In this document: positions 1 to 12,798 of the stretch, in pieces
Position numbering within the stretch: the stretch's first letter is position 1
How the letters are laid out: each line of letters opens with the position of its first letter
Assembly (NCBI RefSeq): GCF_021869535.1
Contig: NW_026262582.1
Span: 38,378,001-38,442,000 of the forward strand
Length of the DNA stretch: 64,000 bases
Direction of reading: 5' to 3'
Source: Mytilus californianus
Lineage: Eukaryota
Translations under genes and position numbers: made by a program
The notes under the pieces: model-generated
What the model was told of the DNA's origin: nothing
Databases searched by the model: none
What the model saw: the letters and a program-made list of their open reading frames with translations, nothing else

Positions 1-56
1 ACAAACATTTATCGCAAGAACAAAATTTGGCGGAAGAAAAAAATAAATAGTTAAAA

Positions 57-1258
57 ACCAATTGTTCAAAGAACAATTGAAGGTCTTTCCACATCAATTT
101 TCTAAATAATTGATAGGAAGCTACTTCTCAGTTCTGGTTTACTCAAAGTTATTAATAGCGTCAAAGTATAGATTTCTTCATACTGATTCAATAAATAAAT
201 GGTTTCTATATACTTTTGCCTGAAATAAGGGAGATAATTGCCAACTTCCGGTTAAGACAATGTCACTTCCGGTCTCATATGATAGCTTTATTCACACTGA
301 TTCCAAAAATATATAGTTTGTATATACTTATGCCTGTAATAAGGAAGATGATATGCTACTGCCGGTTTATAAAATGTCACTTTCGGTCTCAAATGATAGG
401 TTAACCTATGATCATTCAAAAAATATATGGTTTCTAGGTACTTTTCCATGAAATAAGTGCAAAAAATACTACTTCCGGTTCACTCAAGGTCACTTCCGGT
501 TTCCTTTTTCCAAGGTCATATGTCAACCAACAGTTTGCAATAGACCCTATGGCTTTCTCATGTACCAAGTTGGAGTAATAATCAATTAACCTTAAATTGA
601 ATCATTTCAGGGACAATAACTCCTATAAGATATCATTGGATTGTTTCAGACCAAATGTATCATATCTTAATCACAATTAAGCAAACATTTTGCACTAGTT
701 CTTTAATTTGTAACTTTAAAAGTGACAGAGGAGATCAAATAACAAGGAAAAGTCAAAATTTAGAAAAGGACCTTGACCTTTGACCTTGGCCTCAATTTCA
801 TTTAAATGAACGAAGGAACTCAAATCAATATACTTTAGGTCTGTATCACTTACCATTCATGCTATACATTTATATATCCCTTATGTCAAATACAGAAGGG
901 GAAATAACTCTCCTATGGAGTTTACGTATCGCTTCGGTCAAAATTGGACAAAACATCCTGAGGATATAACGAGCAATTTGGTAAAAAAAATTTGTCGCTT
1001 TCTTTTACGGTTACGGAGGAGATGCATGCACAAGGAAAACAGTGTTCAGGGAGATAACTCCTACAAAGAAAAGTATTCGGTTAAGCAGGGTCAATTTCAA
1101 AGGCGCATAAACTGTTTGATATCATATACGAAACATCAAAGCGACATCTTGCGAAACAAAAATTTATCTCAAGAACAAAATTTGGCGGAAGAAAAAAAAA
1201 AAAAAATAATCAGAAGAAAACCAATAGGTCTTTCCACAGAAAAGTGGAAAGACCTAAT
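57..1258 (-). mobile_element. Complete HINE/DINE-1-like (Helentron-associated) non-autonomous element
   Basis: Inverted subterminal pair aggtctttccac (81-92) / gtggaaagacct (1244-1255). 13-bp stem hairpin at 1225-1256. Terminal stem-loop caattgttc-aaa-gaacaattg at 59-79. Internal tandem core repeat and A/AAT-rich tract. Confidence 0.75.
201..502. repeat. About 114-bp tandem core repeat (about 2.6 copies) inside the HINE
   Basis: Units start near 207, 321 and 435, each with tatatactt...aataag...acttccggtt...gtcacttccggt. Confidence 0.8.
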
Positions 1259-1324
1259 AATAATAATAATTATAATCAGAACAAATACAATAGGTCTTTC
1301 CACAGAAAAGTGGAAAGACCTAAT
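1259..1324 (-). mobile_element. 5' end of an older HINE of the same family (its body continues at 1-52 and off-window)
   Basis: Second identical hairpin at 1291-1322 plus an (AAT)n tract. Positions 1-45 match 1156-1200. Flanking DNA resumes as aatgaacacgctaac, matching the uninterrupted paralogous site near 20470. Confidence 0.65.
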
Positions 1325-1676
1325 AATGAACACGCTAACACCAAAGCTGTTTTTTATACCAATGTTCCTTTTGAATATTTGCTTCGTAACTTACGTCAAA
1401 AGTGACAGTGTCAATCACTGACCAATACGAATCGATATTTTTAATAATAGTCTTGATATTTCTCTTGACCAAAGGCGCTTGATAAATGGAACCCCTTATT
1501 ATTTTTTCTATTCCTATTGATGTTCATTTATTTCACTATTTGATGTTTTCTTACGATATTCAAATAACAGTAGCTTGCATATTTCTGTAACATTTTCTTT
1601 TCAATTTTCCCAAATTTAAGACAATCTTACTCGTCTTTTTGCTCCGAATATGATATATGATGTTTTATCCCCACCT

Positions 1677-1705
1677 CCCCCCCCCCCCCCCCCCCCCCCC
1701 CCCCC
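1677..1705. repeat. Poly-C homopolymer (29 C)
   Basis: Direct read. The paralogous position upstream of copy 3 (about 20820) has only cccc. Confidence 0.9.
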
Positions 1706-2051
1706 ACACACACCCGATGTATTTTTCCTGTATAGTTTTTTTTCAATTTCTTTATCTTGTAAAATATATTTTTTATGACACAAACTTTTATCCGTCTTCA
1801 TTAATGGATATTACGTTGGTACTCTTAGTGTGTTATATTTAGTTTTGACATCATCATCAATGCAATATATTTTTTTCTTGAAGACAACACTTTTAGATAT
1901 TACAACTATTTACTGCAGATATTCAGTCATTATCGGGTAAGGAATTTGGACAGTTCAGAGTGCTTTAAAAGAATGAAAATGTTTTGATATAATTTCTTTG
2001 GAACGATTGCGATAAAATAATAATGCATACGCTATGTATTTAAATTACAGA

Positions 2052-3550
2052 ATGACGGACAGTAAATTATGTGCTGGTTGTCAGCGTGGTGATGAAGATA
2101 TAAAAGCCATATCATGGTGCAGTGATTGCAGTGAACCTGTATGTAAGGCGTGTTCCAGAGTTCACGACAGATTGGTCCCGCCTCACAAGGTAGTACTGTT
2201 CCAATGCAAGAGATTCAACACCTCAGTTCTTCAATCCTTACATTGTCCAAGAACTGCCAGAATCATCCAGATCAAGCGATTTCACTGTACTTCTGTCAAC
2301 ATGACAAGGTAGTCTGCGTTTCATGTGTTCCGGTATCACATCAGAATTGCAAGCCTCTAATTTCAATTAAAAAAGCTGCTCGAGGCGTGAAAAATGGCAG
2401 CGCTATTTATGATCTAGAAAGAAGGATTTAAAACTTATGTCAAGTTACAGAGAACATACGGAGTCAAAGTGAGACAACACTTGTAGATTTGAAAAAAAAA
2501 TCGAAATTAAAATCAAGAAAAGGGTCTCGGAAATCAAGAAAAAAGTAATTGCTCATTTAGATACGTTAGAAACAGAGATACATAAAGACATTGATTCTAA
2601 GTATAAAACATGTACTGCGATGGCGTTCCAAAACAAAAAATAGCATCAAATCCAGATCAGAGTCGCTGTTTACATGGAAAAGTGATCTAAGATCACTGAA
2701 ACAACATATATCAGAAATCCATTTATTCAGAGTGGTAAAATTTCTAGATGCAAAAACTCACCGGAAAAAAATGGAAATCAGAGAAATCCAAACAGCTAAT
2801 GTTCCGATACTTAAATATCATCCATCAGAATCTGAGTCGAACATTCAGAAATTAGTCCAAGATTAGGTACAATAACGATAGAAAATGCTGAAGTCCAAAT
2901 GTCTGTACTAGATATCGACCAACAAGGTCAATTTCTCGTTAGGAACGACACATTCATTCCAGACCACGAAATTAGATAATGAAGTGAGTATCTATAGAGG
3001 TTGCTTTATTGCTGTTGGTGATGCAGGTATCTAGGTCATCGACCTGATATCATTGACGCCTGGTACGAGAATTGATGTTGAAGGATTCTGTAGTGGAATC
3101 ACATTTGTTAAGGACAAGATCTAGGTAGGAAATCAAGATCACACTATAACTATTATAGATATCAATGGTGAAGTTCTAAATATAAAACAAACAACATTTT
3201 GTCCTTATAAAATCTGTGCCAATCAGGACGGTGATGTCTATTGTACAGACAACAATAGTAATAACGTATACGTTGTTACATAGGATGGAAAAGAACGTGA
3301 GATATACAACAGTTCTGGCCTGAATGCTGCTATTGGTGTAGCTGTAGATGACCGTGGTGATGTGTACGTAGCAGGATATGAATCAAACAACATACATAGA
3401 ATATCTGATGATGGAAAGACACATGGCATTGTCTTGACAGCAGAAGATGGTATCAATGAACCGACCTGTTTATCTTACAACAATGAAACAAAAGAACTGT
3501 TAGTCTTAAATGACTATTCAAAATCTATCAATATCTATAAAACACAATAA
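2052..3550 (+). pseudogene. RING-less TRIM-like gene copy 1 (B-box x2, coiled coil, NHL-type propeller), pseudogene
   Basis: CAGC..C..C..C..C..H B-box and C..H..C.H..C..C..H..C motifs; propeller repeats (VAVDDRGDVYVAG). Acceptor ttacag lies just before ATG 2052. Lesions versus copy 3: 5-bp insertion near 2198, TAA near 2428, A-run indels near 2492 and 2640, internal deletions near 2950 and 3010, TAG 3032-3034 and further stops. Confidence 0.85.
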
Positions 3551-5194
3551 ACACCGGTTTAGGAACACTGACTCGTAGCATCGATAATAAGCCCAAAAGA
3601 TAAAACAAAAGTTTATATCTTAGTGAAAAATAAATTAATAACCGGGTTTTCAAATATTGCTTTAAACTTTTTATCAGATTTACCTTTTACTGACAAACTG
3701 AACCATACGGAAAGTAATCCAATAACTATTCAAATCTGAAGTGTAATGAATGTGACAACGTTTTTTCTTAAATACGAAGAATTAAAAAATCTAGAAAAAA
3801 TTTATTGATGGACTAGTTGTAAGTAATTTTCAAACTTGCACACTGAGCAAAAGAAGAGCATGAGGATGGGTTTGCATATTTCGGTCACACATTCTATATC
3901 AGTTCATGACAGATCAAAATTGTGTGTCAGTAAGTTTATTACAAAACCAATTATTAAAGAAAAACTTTATCTGAATGTTCCTTAGGGAATCTAGTTAAAA
4001 ACTACATCCGGGGAAATGATACATCAGTGAACATGGCACCAGTTGTTAATACTGATTTTTCTTTCAATTATTTTTATTATTTCAAACTGCGAAATAAACA
4101 TAGGGTATAAGGCTAGGATGAAACTTCGATGGTTTTATCCCTATGAGAATTGGTCAGACATCGTTACTTTTTTGGGAGAAGTACATTCCTAACGGACAAG
4201 AATGCTTCGAGAGAGGTATGAGGAAGAACGACTGAAATCGACACCACATCGTCACACTCACGAATCGTTTGCTCGTACCTACATGTCTGTGTCGCATCTT
4301 ACCAGCGACATGTTTCCGGAGTCTTACATCTTTAGATACAAAACAGATGTTAATAATGTCATTTTAGTAACTTTGTTATTCTTCAATGGAGTTTGTTCTT
4401 GATTTTGCACAAAAATCTTTCTGTATTGTTTATGACGTTGCTGAAAAATAATTACAGGACGAATTGAAAACAACAAACATATTCCTAACATTGTTCAAAA
4501 ATTCTGTGAAGAAAATGGTTGGTTAAATCTCATTTTATGCTTGCTAAATCTCCCATGGGTATTTAATTTGTTAATTAATAGTTCCGCTGCATTGATTAAA
4601 TTTGATGAACAACCCAGAGAAACACTATTGTTATAGTTCACTTATTGAACACCAAAGGAAAAGAGATGAGACTTTAACAATTTAGTTCAACCCGGATACC
4701 TTTTATGTTTATGTACCGATCCGAAGTCAAGAACCTCGTTGTTCGTCAAGTATCAAATCTTTATATGTTCGTTATTTTGAGGATCATATCTAATGGCAGA
4801 TATGTGATTATTTCTGTTTAATCGTTTGATCCTGCTAGATTTTAACCTTAAGATTGTATCGGTATAATGTCTACTGTGGATTCATTATGATTCGTTGGAT
4901 ACCAATTTTTGTGATTTTCGTGGGAACAGATCAACCACGAATTCAAATGTTCAATGAATTACACATTTTCTAAAGGCTTGGTATATAGAGATCGTAAAAC
5001 CACAAAATCAAATACCCAAGAAAATGAAAGTTCCCTCAATCCACGAAAATAAATGAATTTAGAGTACAATGTTGAGGATTAATTCATTCACTCTAACGGA
5101 GTTTAGTTTTTTTGTATTTAATACCAGTCTCGTGACCAAATATTATACATTTACACCACCTTTTATGAAACGCAGCAAGTACCGTATGTGTTAC

Positions 5195-6135
5195 ATAACA
5201 AAAACAAAGGATATGAGGTATCTATCCAGGACACAAAATCAACTCATGCACAGCAACAACAACAAAGAAAAGAATACAAAAAGCAAAGGAACAGCGCATT
5301 AATTGCTGTTTATCATCTCAAAATCACAGTGAAGAATTCAACACGGAGCTACAACTATGTTTACCTCACTACAAGTTTAACGCGACCCATAGCACGGCTT
5401 GAGCGGAATTATTTGCAAAAATAAATTTGGATAGACTGTGTAAGACGTAACACCTACTAATCAGGCCCGGTCAAAAAAGAACATTCTGGAAAGTAGTACA
5501 TATTTAAAACAAAATAGTTCCTACGCATAGTTGTAAATATGAAAGTATGTAGCATATATCTTAGTAATTAAGGTATCACATGAAAGTCGAAGGACTGGTG
5601 ATCCTTGTAGAACAAACAATTTACTGATAATTTTGAATAATACAAATATTATGAATTAGTTCCATAACTGAGGGCATATATAGTCTGTTTCTCAGATATT
5701 AAGTGCCTGGTTTGGTGTATCTAAAATTTCGGTAACCAGTGCAGTACGGTCTGGTGTATAAATACAGGGATATTAATCGTGCTTTCATCATATGTTTTGA
5801 AGTGAAAAAGTGAACGTTGATAGGAATGATGACCAATATTAGATGGTGTGTGTTAACATTTTATTGTATAAACTATCCTACAATTTAGAGAATGATGTGG
5901 CACACATAAGATAAATAATCTCAAGAATAAATAAATCATAACTCTAAAAATACAGAAAAGCATACATATCAAGCACGGGGAAACTTTCTATGGCCTCCAC
6001 ACAGCAATTACAACAAACTCTGTTAAAATTTAGTAGAATCAAATGATATGGGTATCTATCCATGAAACAAAATCGATACGGCAACAACAACACAAACAAA
6101 CAAACAAACAAACAAATAAAAAGCGAAGGGCTGTT
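5195..6135. mobile_element. Unclassified insertion in the copy-1 downstream flank
   Basis: Absent from the paralogous flank of copy 2 (gtgttac|tttgtttatgtca near 17710). Ends carry diverged direct repeats (gatatg..gtatctatcca..acaaaatc..gcaacaacaac at about 5208-5275 and 6046-6095). Confidence 0.55.
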
Positions 6136-6661
6136 TGCTTGCTTATGTCAGAAAATTTGCTCAAACATTTACAGTAATTAAGCATTGGGTCTCCTACTAT
6201 GAAGGCCACTCTTGATAAATGATAATTCAAATATAACACCATTTCAATAGAGATAAAGGCATTGAAGTAACAAGAAAGTAAGATCATAATCAAATCCTCA
6301 CATGAACAAACATCAAACAAAATTATTTTATTAGTTAATTTATGTTGCATTAAGACTGTAAACAGTAAGCTCAACCCTCTTATGTGGTAAGACGATATGA
6401 GTTAAATGTAACGTTCCTTGAGTATGTATGAGAATAGGGCAATCGACTCCGGTTCTCGTGTTCAATTGGAGATGATCGAACTTAACCATCTTCAATATTG
6501 CAATATTTGGTTTAAGCCTATACTCCAAAACATTGAGAGATATTTTGATGAAACTTAACACTAGTGCCCAAAAAGATCAATATACATTAATGAATATCGT
6601 TCCTTTCAAAAATATAAGTGTCCTAAAAGACATTTAGACATTTGTATCTAAAATATACTAC

Positions 6662-6990
6662 ATATAAATAAAGGCAACAGTAGTATACCGCTGTTCGAAA
6701 TTCATAAATCGATTGAGAAAAAAAAAAAATCCGGGTTACAAACTAAAACTGAGGGAAACACATCAAATATAAGAGGAGAACTACGACACAACAGAAACAC
6801 AACACTAAAATGTAACACACACAGAAACGAACTATAATATTATAATTGCCATTTCCTGACTTGGTACAGGACATTTTAAGAAAAAAATGGTGGGTTAAAC
6901 CTGGTTTTGTGGCTAGCCAAACCTCGCACTTTTATGGCAATGTTAAATATAACACTAAAATGACACCATTACATGACAGGAATACAGTAC
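6662..6990. repeat. Interspersed repeat fragment
   Basis: Shares cctgacttggtacagg...ggtgggttaaacctggtttt with 37190-37250 and 47680-47745, and with the inverted copy at 36370-36440. Confidence 0.55.
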
Positions 6991-7782
6991 AAAATAGCTG
7001 TGTTTTTTTTAAACAATTTTCTGTCTTTTGAAACTTTAGTGTCTGTACTGCACTGTTACAGTACGGACCACATGGAACCCAAACAATATGGGAAAAGGTA
7101 ACATTTTCCCTACGGAATGTATGAAAAGGTAAACGTTTTTAAAATATAAATTATTTGAAAAGGGTGGGGTGACAGAACCCAAATGGCACACTTGTGTATT
7201 TACAAAATGCCTTTACATACATCTGACGTTTATTTTAATTTTATTTGCCAAAAACACGTAGTTTATAGCTGGTTGCAAGTCAAAGTCAGCGTTTTTCATA
7301 GGAGTTATTTCCCTTTGATTACTTTGCGTAACGTCGCGTGAACATTGATGACGTAAATATATTCTCCAAAACAAAACATCTGGAAAAACATAGGCGACCA
7401 TTGCAATGGTAATTTCTAATAGAGAAATTTAAAATGCTACGTACACGCATTTAGACAGTTTCGGGATGACACGAGGTACTTGAAACGTGTTGTAATTCTA
7501 TTTTCTTTAAGAAAATCGCTGTTTGAAACATATGTCTGCACAAATAATAAAATAATCGCACTTTTTTTACGGACAGCAAAGCTTGAGCCAGACTATAAGA
7601 GTTCATATTTCGTTTCATAATACAGCTCTTCACGTTTTTACGTATTTAGACAATACTGGTGTTTAAATGTTTAGGTTAAAGCGTTCCTGGTTAATGTTAA
7701 TCAAGAAAAGTGCTTCAGAAGTAAGAAACTACTATTATTTTCATTAATTGATATCTCTTTTACAATTTACATGTAGATAAAT

Positions 7783-8734
7783 TTAAACGCTACTACAGTC
7801 TTTCCATGGATACTCTGCTCCATACTCACACACGAATTGAAGAAAGATATCTCGATAATTACTTGTAGGTTTGTATCCGTCAAAGTTGTACGTATATCTG
7901 TACCTGACTGCTTCGGCAATGTCGTCACCATACATCTAGGGTTCTTCTTTCGTCACTTCGATAACGCCGGAACACTTTTTATAAAAAAGTGTTTTGGACG
8001 ATCTGTCTATACACAGCGGCTGACAGACATGTCCGTGAAGATCATAAACACTCACATAAGACGTTTCAGATACACTTAGAGGATTTTTTACACCAACATA
8101 AGCGACTGTTTTGCATACCATATGTCGTGTATCGATGTATCGACCTTTGTTCGATATACCATCGGATTGTTCGAAAAACTTGGTTGCTCCAGATTGAGAA
8201 TCTGAAACCCGTATTTTGTCTACTCTTGGTTTAAAAAAATCCCATAATTTTGAGGTTTTGTCGTTTGAATAAATATTATCGTTGTCATCTATACTACCAT
8301 TTCGGACAGGGTTGCAACCGAAATGTTGTCCAATCGGTCTGATATACATCAAAGTGACTGGAATGAAGGCCCATTGACTTACATCAGCTTCTCCATCAAT
8401 CACAAAATTGTTCTGATTTGAACTGTCCATAACAGATTTATACCCGTCATCTTCGTATTCTACGTCACGTTTTCTTTTTCTACCAAAGGGTGATGACGAA
8501 CAAAGCAAAATTGGTATACAACGTCCAAATGAGCATCTAAAAATTGACGACTTTGACAGTCAGATTTACGTGTGCATGTGAGTTCTCCTGGAGATAGCGC
8601 AAAACTGGTTATTCTTTCATCGAACACTTTTAGATATCCCGTGCTATTTGTGAATTCATTTAAATTACACATTGGTCGATTCGGCTAATGAAATTGATCA
8701 GCGGTTACTGGATAATCGATATCGAAATCATTAC
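7783..8734 (-). pseudogene. Terminal coding exon of a bivalve tyrosinase-like gene (post-CuB region and C-terminal domain), pseudogenised
   Basis: Acceptor tttcag (8735-8740 on minus). Translation GNDFDIDYP..FH*PNRPM...CQS..FL/RC..GRC...WAFIPV...VAYVGVKNP...YDLHGHVCQPLC....CSGVIEVTKEEP*MYGDD...FLQFVCEYGAEYPW..* matches the C-terminal motifs I recall for bivalve tyrosinases. Stops at 8685-8687 and 7936-7938, frameshift near 8540, natural TAA at 7783-7785. No copper-binding exons were seen. Confidence 0.7.
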
Positions 8735-9891
8735 CTGAAACATAGATTTTGTAATGTCATTAATCGTGAAATACGACAAACAGTATATTTGCAATTTAGA
8801 AAATAGAAAAAAGTGTATCTAAGACTTAGATCGAATAAGACTTAAAAGAAGTAAATTTTTCTATTATAGAGAAGTCTAGGTTTTTTAAAAACAAATAACA
8901 TAAAAAAAAAAAACTCAATGACAAAACAAAACATACTCAAGTGTCCCAAAGTCGGTGAATAAGTAAGAGACAGTTATGTATGTGTGTTAAAGAGTAAAAC
9001 ATCGTTATTTGTGTCAGTGAACTACAATTGAATCTCAATTCACTGCAACAACTTCATCAAATAAATGTAAGCATAATTTACTTGACATTGTAGTTCTTAT
9101 ACATTTGTGTCTCTCCAAACTTTGTATGCCTTGATATGCTTTGCGTTTTATTGTGAAAGAAAAACGGCTAGCCTGATTAAAGACGATACATTCAATGTCT
9201 TTATGAAACGTATAAAATCGTTTACTTACAAAATGTACAAAGAAGCAGTAAAGTACTATGAGCTCGAAGAAATTGACTTCATGATAACGTGTCTGCTTGA
9301 TTGTTAGTTGCTAAACGTCCAGTGGCAATTGGTTTTAATGATTCAACATGATAAAAAGAGAAATCGGGAATGAAAAGACATACAATACAGTTCAATCAAG
9401 TTGAAAACTAAATATTTAGAAACACAAAATCAAACGAATCCAAAAACCCATACAGGTGATCACATTGAGCAGACAATGCCTAGTCAGCAAGTGACAATAG
9501 TTATGTTGCTTATGAGTCCCCTACTGATGAAGTCGAAGGGGACTTTCGGTTTGCATTCCGTCCGTCTGTCTGTCTGTCTGTCCATCCGTCAGTCCGGCAA
9601 ATCAGTTTTTCACACTTTTTTTCTTTGTTCTTGAAGATATTGATTTGATATTTGGTATACAGTTTTATCATAACAATTAAAAAATCAAGTTCGAATTTTG
9701 TTCCGGTTTGATGATTAAGTCCAGAGTTATGGTCCATACCTAATGTTAGAGTACTATGTTAAACCATATTTCTGTACAAAGGGAGATAACTCATTTTTTA
9801 AAAGATTTTTGAAAAACATTTTCCGTAAATTGTTTGAAGAATTTTGTGGCAGGTTTGTTTGTTATTTTGTTTTTTTTAATTTTCTGAATGC

Positions 9892-9932
<41 letters not shown>

Positions 9933-10081
9933 AAAAGTCAAATAGAATCCGTATGCTAGTAACATATAAGAAAAATAATATAAGATAATGACGGTTTCAA
10001 TTCATCACTTTTACTAGCGCTTTTACTGCTTTCACATATCTTCAGGTAATGTGACTTGTATACATAAATGTTATAAAACAA

Positions 10082-10684
10082 TTGATTGACGTTAACAATA
10101 GTATGACGTTATTACCACGAGATTATGATATATTTAGTTTCATGCGACAAATTGAAAATAATTTACACAAAAGTGAAAAAATGGACAAAGTATTACAAAA
10201 AAAGAAGATTATCAACAGCAAAAGACAGTCAAAAAGTCTAAAACGATATTTAACATCTTCAAAATTCGACTTTAATGAAACTTTGCCTATTGTTAGAAAA
10301 TGTACATATAAACGATGTATGACATGTCCAGATTTAATAGAAGAAAGTTCAATTTATTTCAAAAATGGAAAGCATTTCACAGTTAAACAAAATATGTCTT
10401 GTAAAAGTTCAAACGTCATTTATTCTCTCATATGTGCAAATTGTGAGGAAGTCTATATTGGAGAGACAAAAACAGAACTGCGGACTAGAATGACTGTACA
10501 TAGACAGCAAACCAACCATGAAGATTTAACAATCATCAGGGCTAACGACCATTTCCATCGTTGTTCTAATGGACGATTTAAAATATTTCCGTTGTATATG
10601 GTCAATCGTCAAAATGATTTTCTCCGGAAGAAGAAAGAAGAATTATTCATAAACATTCTCAATCCGGGATTAAATGATAAATAA
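10082..10684 (+). CDS. Penelope C-terminal GIY-YIG endonuclease fragment (true homology starts near 10112)
   Basis: C..KRC.TC motif, NVIYSLICANCEEVYIGET, RM..HR, NDHF and R..KE..FI..L.P.LN. The ORF start lies inside the inverted arm, so it is not a real start. Confidence 0.85.
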   Translation: MIDVNNSMTLLPRDYDIFSFMRQIENNLHKSEKMDKVLQKKKIINSKRQSKSLKRYLTSSKFDFNETLPIVRKCTYKRCMTCPDLIEESSIYFKNGKHFTVKQNMSCKSSNVIYSLICANCEEVYIGETKTELRTRMTVHRQQTNHEDLTIIRANDHFHRCSNGRFKIFPLYMVNRQNDFLRKKKEELFINILNPGLNDK

Positions 10685-10819
10685 TATTTTAATTTTTACG
10701 AAACATTTTAAAGACTTTACTCCAATTTTAAAATGACATTAGTAGTCCCCCTTGTATTTGTTAACGTCATACTATTGTTAACGTCAATCAATTGTTTTAT
10801 AACATTTATGTATACAAGT

Positions 10820-10867
10820 CACATTACCTGAAGATCTGTGAAAGCAGTGAAAGCGCTAGTAAAAGTG
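10820..10867 (+). ncRNA. Minimal type I hammerhead ribozyme motif in the pLTR
   Basis: CTGAAGA 10828-10834; stem II ctg/cag; GAAA 10849-10852; palindromic stem III AGCGCT; cleavage triplet CTA; stem I ttac/gtaa plus cac/gtg. Confidence 0.7.
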
Positions 10868-10908
10868 ATGAATTGAAACCGTCATTATCTTATATTATTT
10901 TTCTTACA

Positions 10909-10940
<32 letters not shown>

Positions 10941-12798
10941 TAAAGTGAAATTCTTTAAAAAGATAATAATCTATTTGTAGTAAGGTTTATATTTCATTAT
11001 ATTAGATTGCGTAGATAAAAGTTGTTGAAATTTTATAGATTAGTTACAAATCTATATTAGTTTTTGACAAATGTAAGAAAAAGTATTTGGAACTATAAAT
11101 GATATTTGATTATAATTTGAAAATAGATATACATTGTATTACATCATATCAAATTTTAGAGAAGTATTAATCATATCTGATGTTAGAGTGTTTTCCACAC
11201 TTTTTTTTTCATCATGCTTGAAGATATAGTTTTATCATGGCAAGTTACATATCAAGTTTGAATTTGTGTTTTGGTCTGATAATTGTGTACAGAGTTATGG
11301 TCCTTGGATTTGAAAAATTCACCCATATAATTATTTTCCGACGCTGCTTTTTGTCATGCTTGAAGATATTGACTTGATATTTTTTGTTTGCTTACACCAT
11401 TACAAGTTATAGAACAAGTTAGCATTTTGTTCCAGTATAATGAATTTTACCCGGTAGCGGACTATGTGTTGCCATGCAATACTCTCAGAATGCTTGTTTT
11501 GAGTAAAATCCTGCTTTCAGTTAATTTTTTAAATGATAAAAGTGAATGTCAGTATAGAATGAATATAAATGAATAAAACGACTATGACTTTATGAAACTA
11601 ATTTAATATGGTGGTTTTATTCAGTAAATCGATTTTATTCACATCAATTCGACATACATTTATGAAATCATAAAATGAAATCATTTCAAATCATCAAGCG
11701 TCTAAATGATTAAGAATGAGAAATTACGCAAAGCCAATATTGAATTCGACAATTTTAAAGTGTTTTTAAAATACCAAACACGGAACCAATTTTCGGCTAT
11801 TCACAAAACATTGAGTTGTAATATCTATTAGTTTTGATGTAAATTGTGTCTTAAACTTCCAGTTTTGATTATTCAACTTCGTGCAGTCGATGAAAAAATG
11901 ATACCTTTATCCAAAAAAAGTGATGAATTTGTCAAAATCTTATACAGAGATAAGGAATTCAGGTAGATTTCTGCTTATCCAAAACAAGTGATATTTTAGT
12001 CAAAAACATATACAGGGATGAAAACTTTGGTTAAAATTCTTTGTATGGGTAAGGTTGATGTGCATTGTTACATTTTACAAAACAAAAGTGATGTGGGACC
12101 AGATAGAAAGGAAATGTGTATCCAACATTTCAATATAGACATTTTTATAATGTCACAGTGACATTCATAAATCAAATATCAATCATCTTTTTCATTTATT
12201 ATAACAATGGCATTTGAGCATCTTACTTTTTGTGCAATACTTATGATGATCAAGCTTCGTTCAATAATTTGAGATACATTATATCAATATTTCAATTTAA
12301 AAGATGATCTTATGAAAACTTGATAGCGCAGTGGCCAGTGTGAATACTTAGCATAAATGAAAGCTTGGTTCATATCATTAACAATATGTCGTTTTATTGC
12401 TCTGTGTCTATTATTTTTTCCGTTTGGTTTCATTAAAACGAGGAACTGCATGGAGTTATACCATACGTCAACATGAAACACACAATGTTAGAACCGATAA
12501 ATACAGTATGTTTAAATTTTACTACTGTGTAAAATTTTCAATAATTAAGAATAATTTTAATATTCAAAAGATCAAGGTGTTTACATGAATAGTATATACA
12601 TGTATTGACTCTTATCATCCCTTTTTGTAGTGAGAAAGAACAATGTTCTGTGTCGTTATTGCCCTACGGATCATTCATCTATGGTCAAGTGAAATGTTTC
12701 TGTTTCGTGCTGTCGTTCAATTTTTACCATTGTTATCTATGGTAATATTAACAGATTTTCTGTTGTCTGTTATTACTCGTTGGCTGGTGCTTTAGAGC

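Larger units (their letters stand above)
9965..10910 (+). mobile_element. 5'-truncated Penelope-like element with inverted pLTR
   Basis: 9965-10111 is the reverse complement of 10762-10910. The GIY-YIG ORF lies between the arms. (TA)n tracts flank both sides (9898-9929, 10908-10931). Confidence 0.85.
9505..11498 (+). mobile_element. HINE/pearl-like element interrupted by a Penelope fragment
   Basis: 5' hairpin agtcccct (9515-9522) / aggggact (9537-9544) and (CTGT/CCGT)n microsatellite. Core repeat cttgaagatattga.ttgatattt...agagttatggtcc occurs at 9630-9735 and again at 11215-11400. Terminal-like gcggactatg...gcaatactc near 11457-11498. Confidence 0.5.

Noticed and set aside
915-1421. 168-aa ORF
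   Set aside because: It lies across the HINE terminus. Its repeated peptide (IGLSTEKWKDLI) just reflects the duplicated hairpin.
1616-1842. Poly-Gly and poly-Pro ORFs
   Set aside because: Translation artefacts of the C29 run.
12357-12478. Short ORF with a hydrophobic, signal-peptide-like start (MKAWFISLTIC...)
   Set aside because: About 40 codons, no recognisable motif and no splice support.
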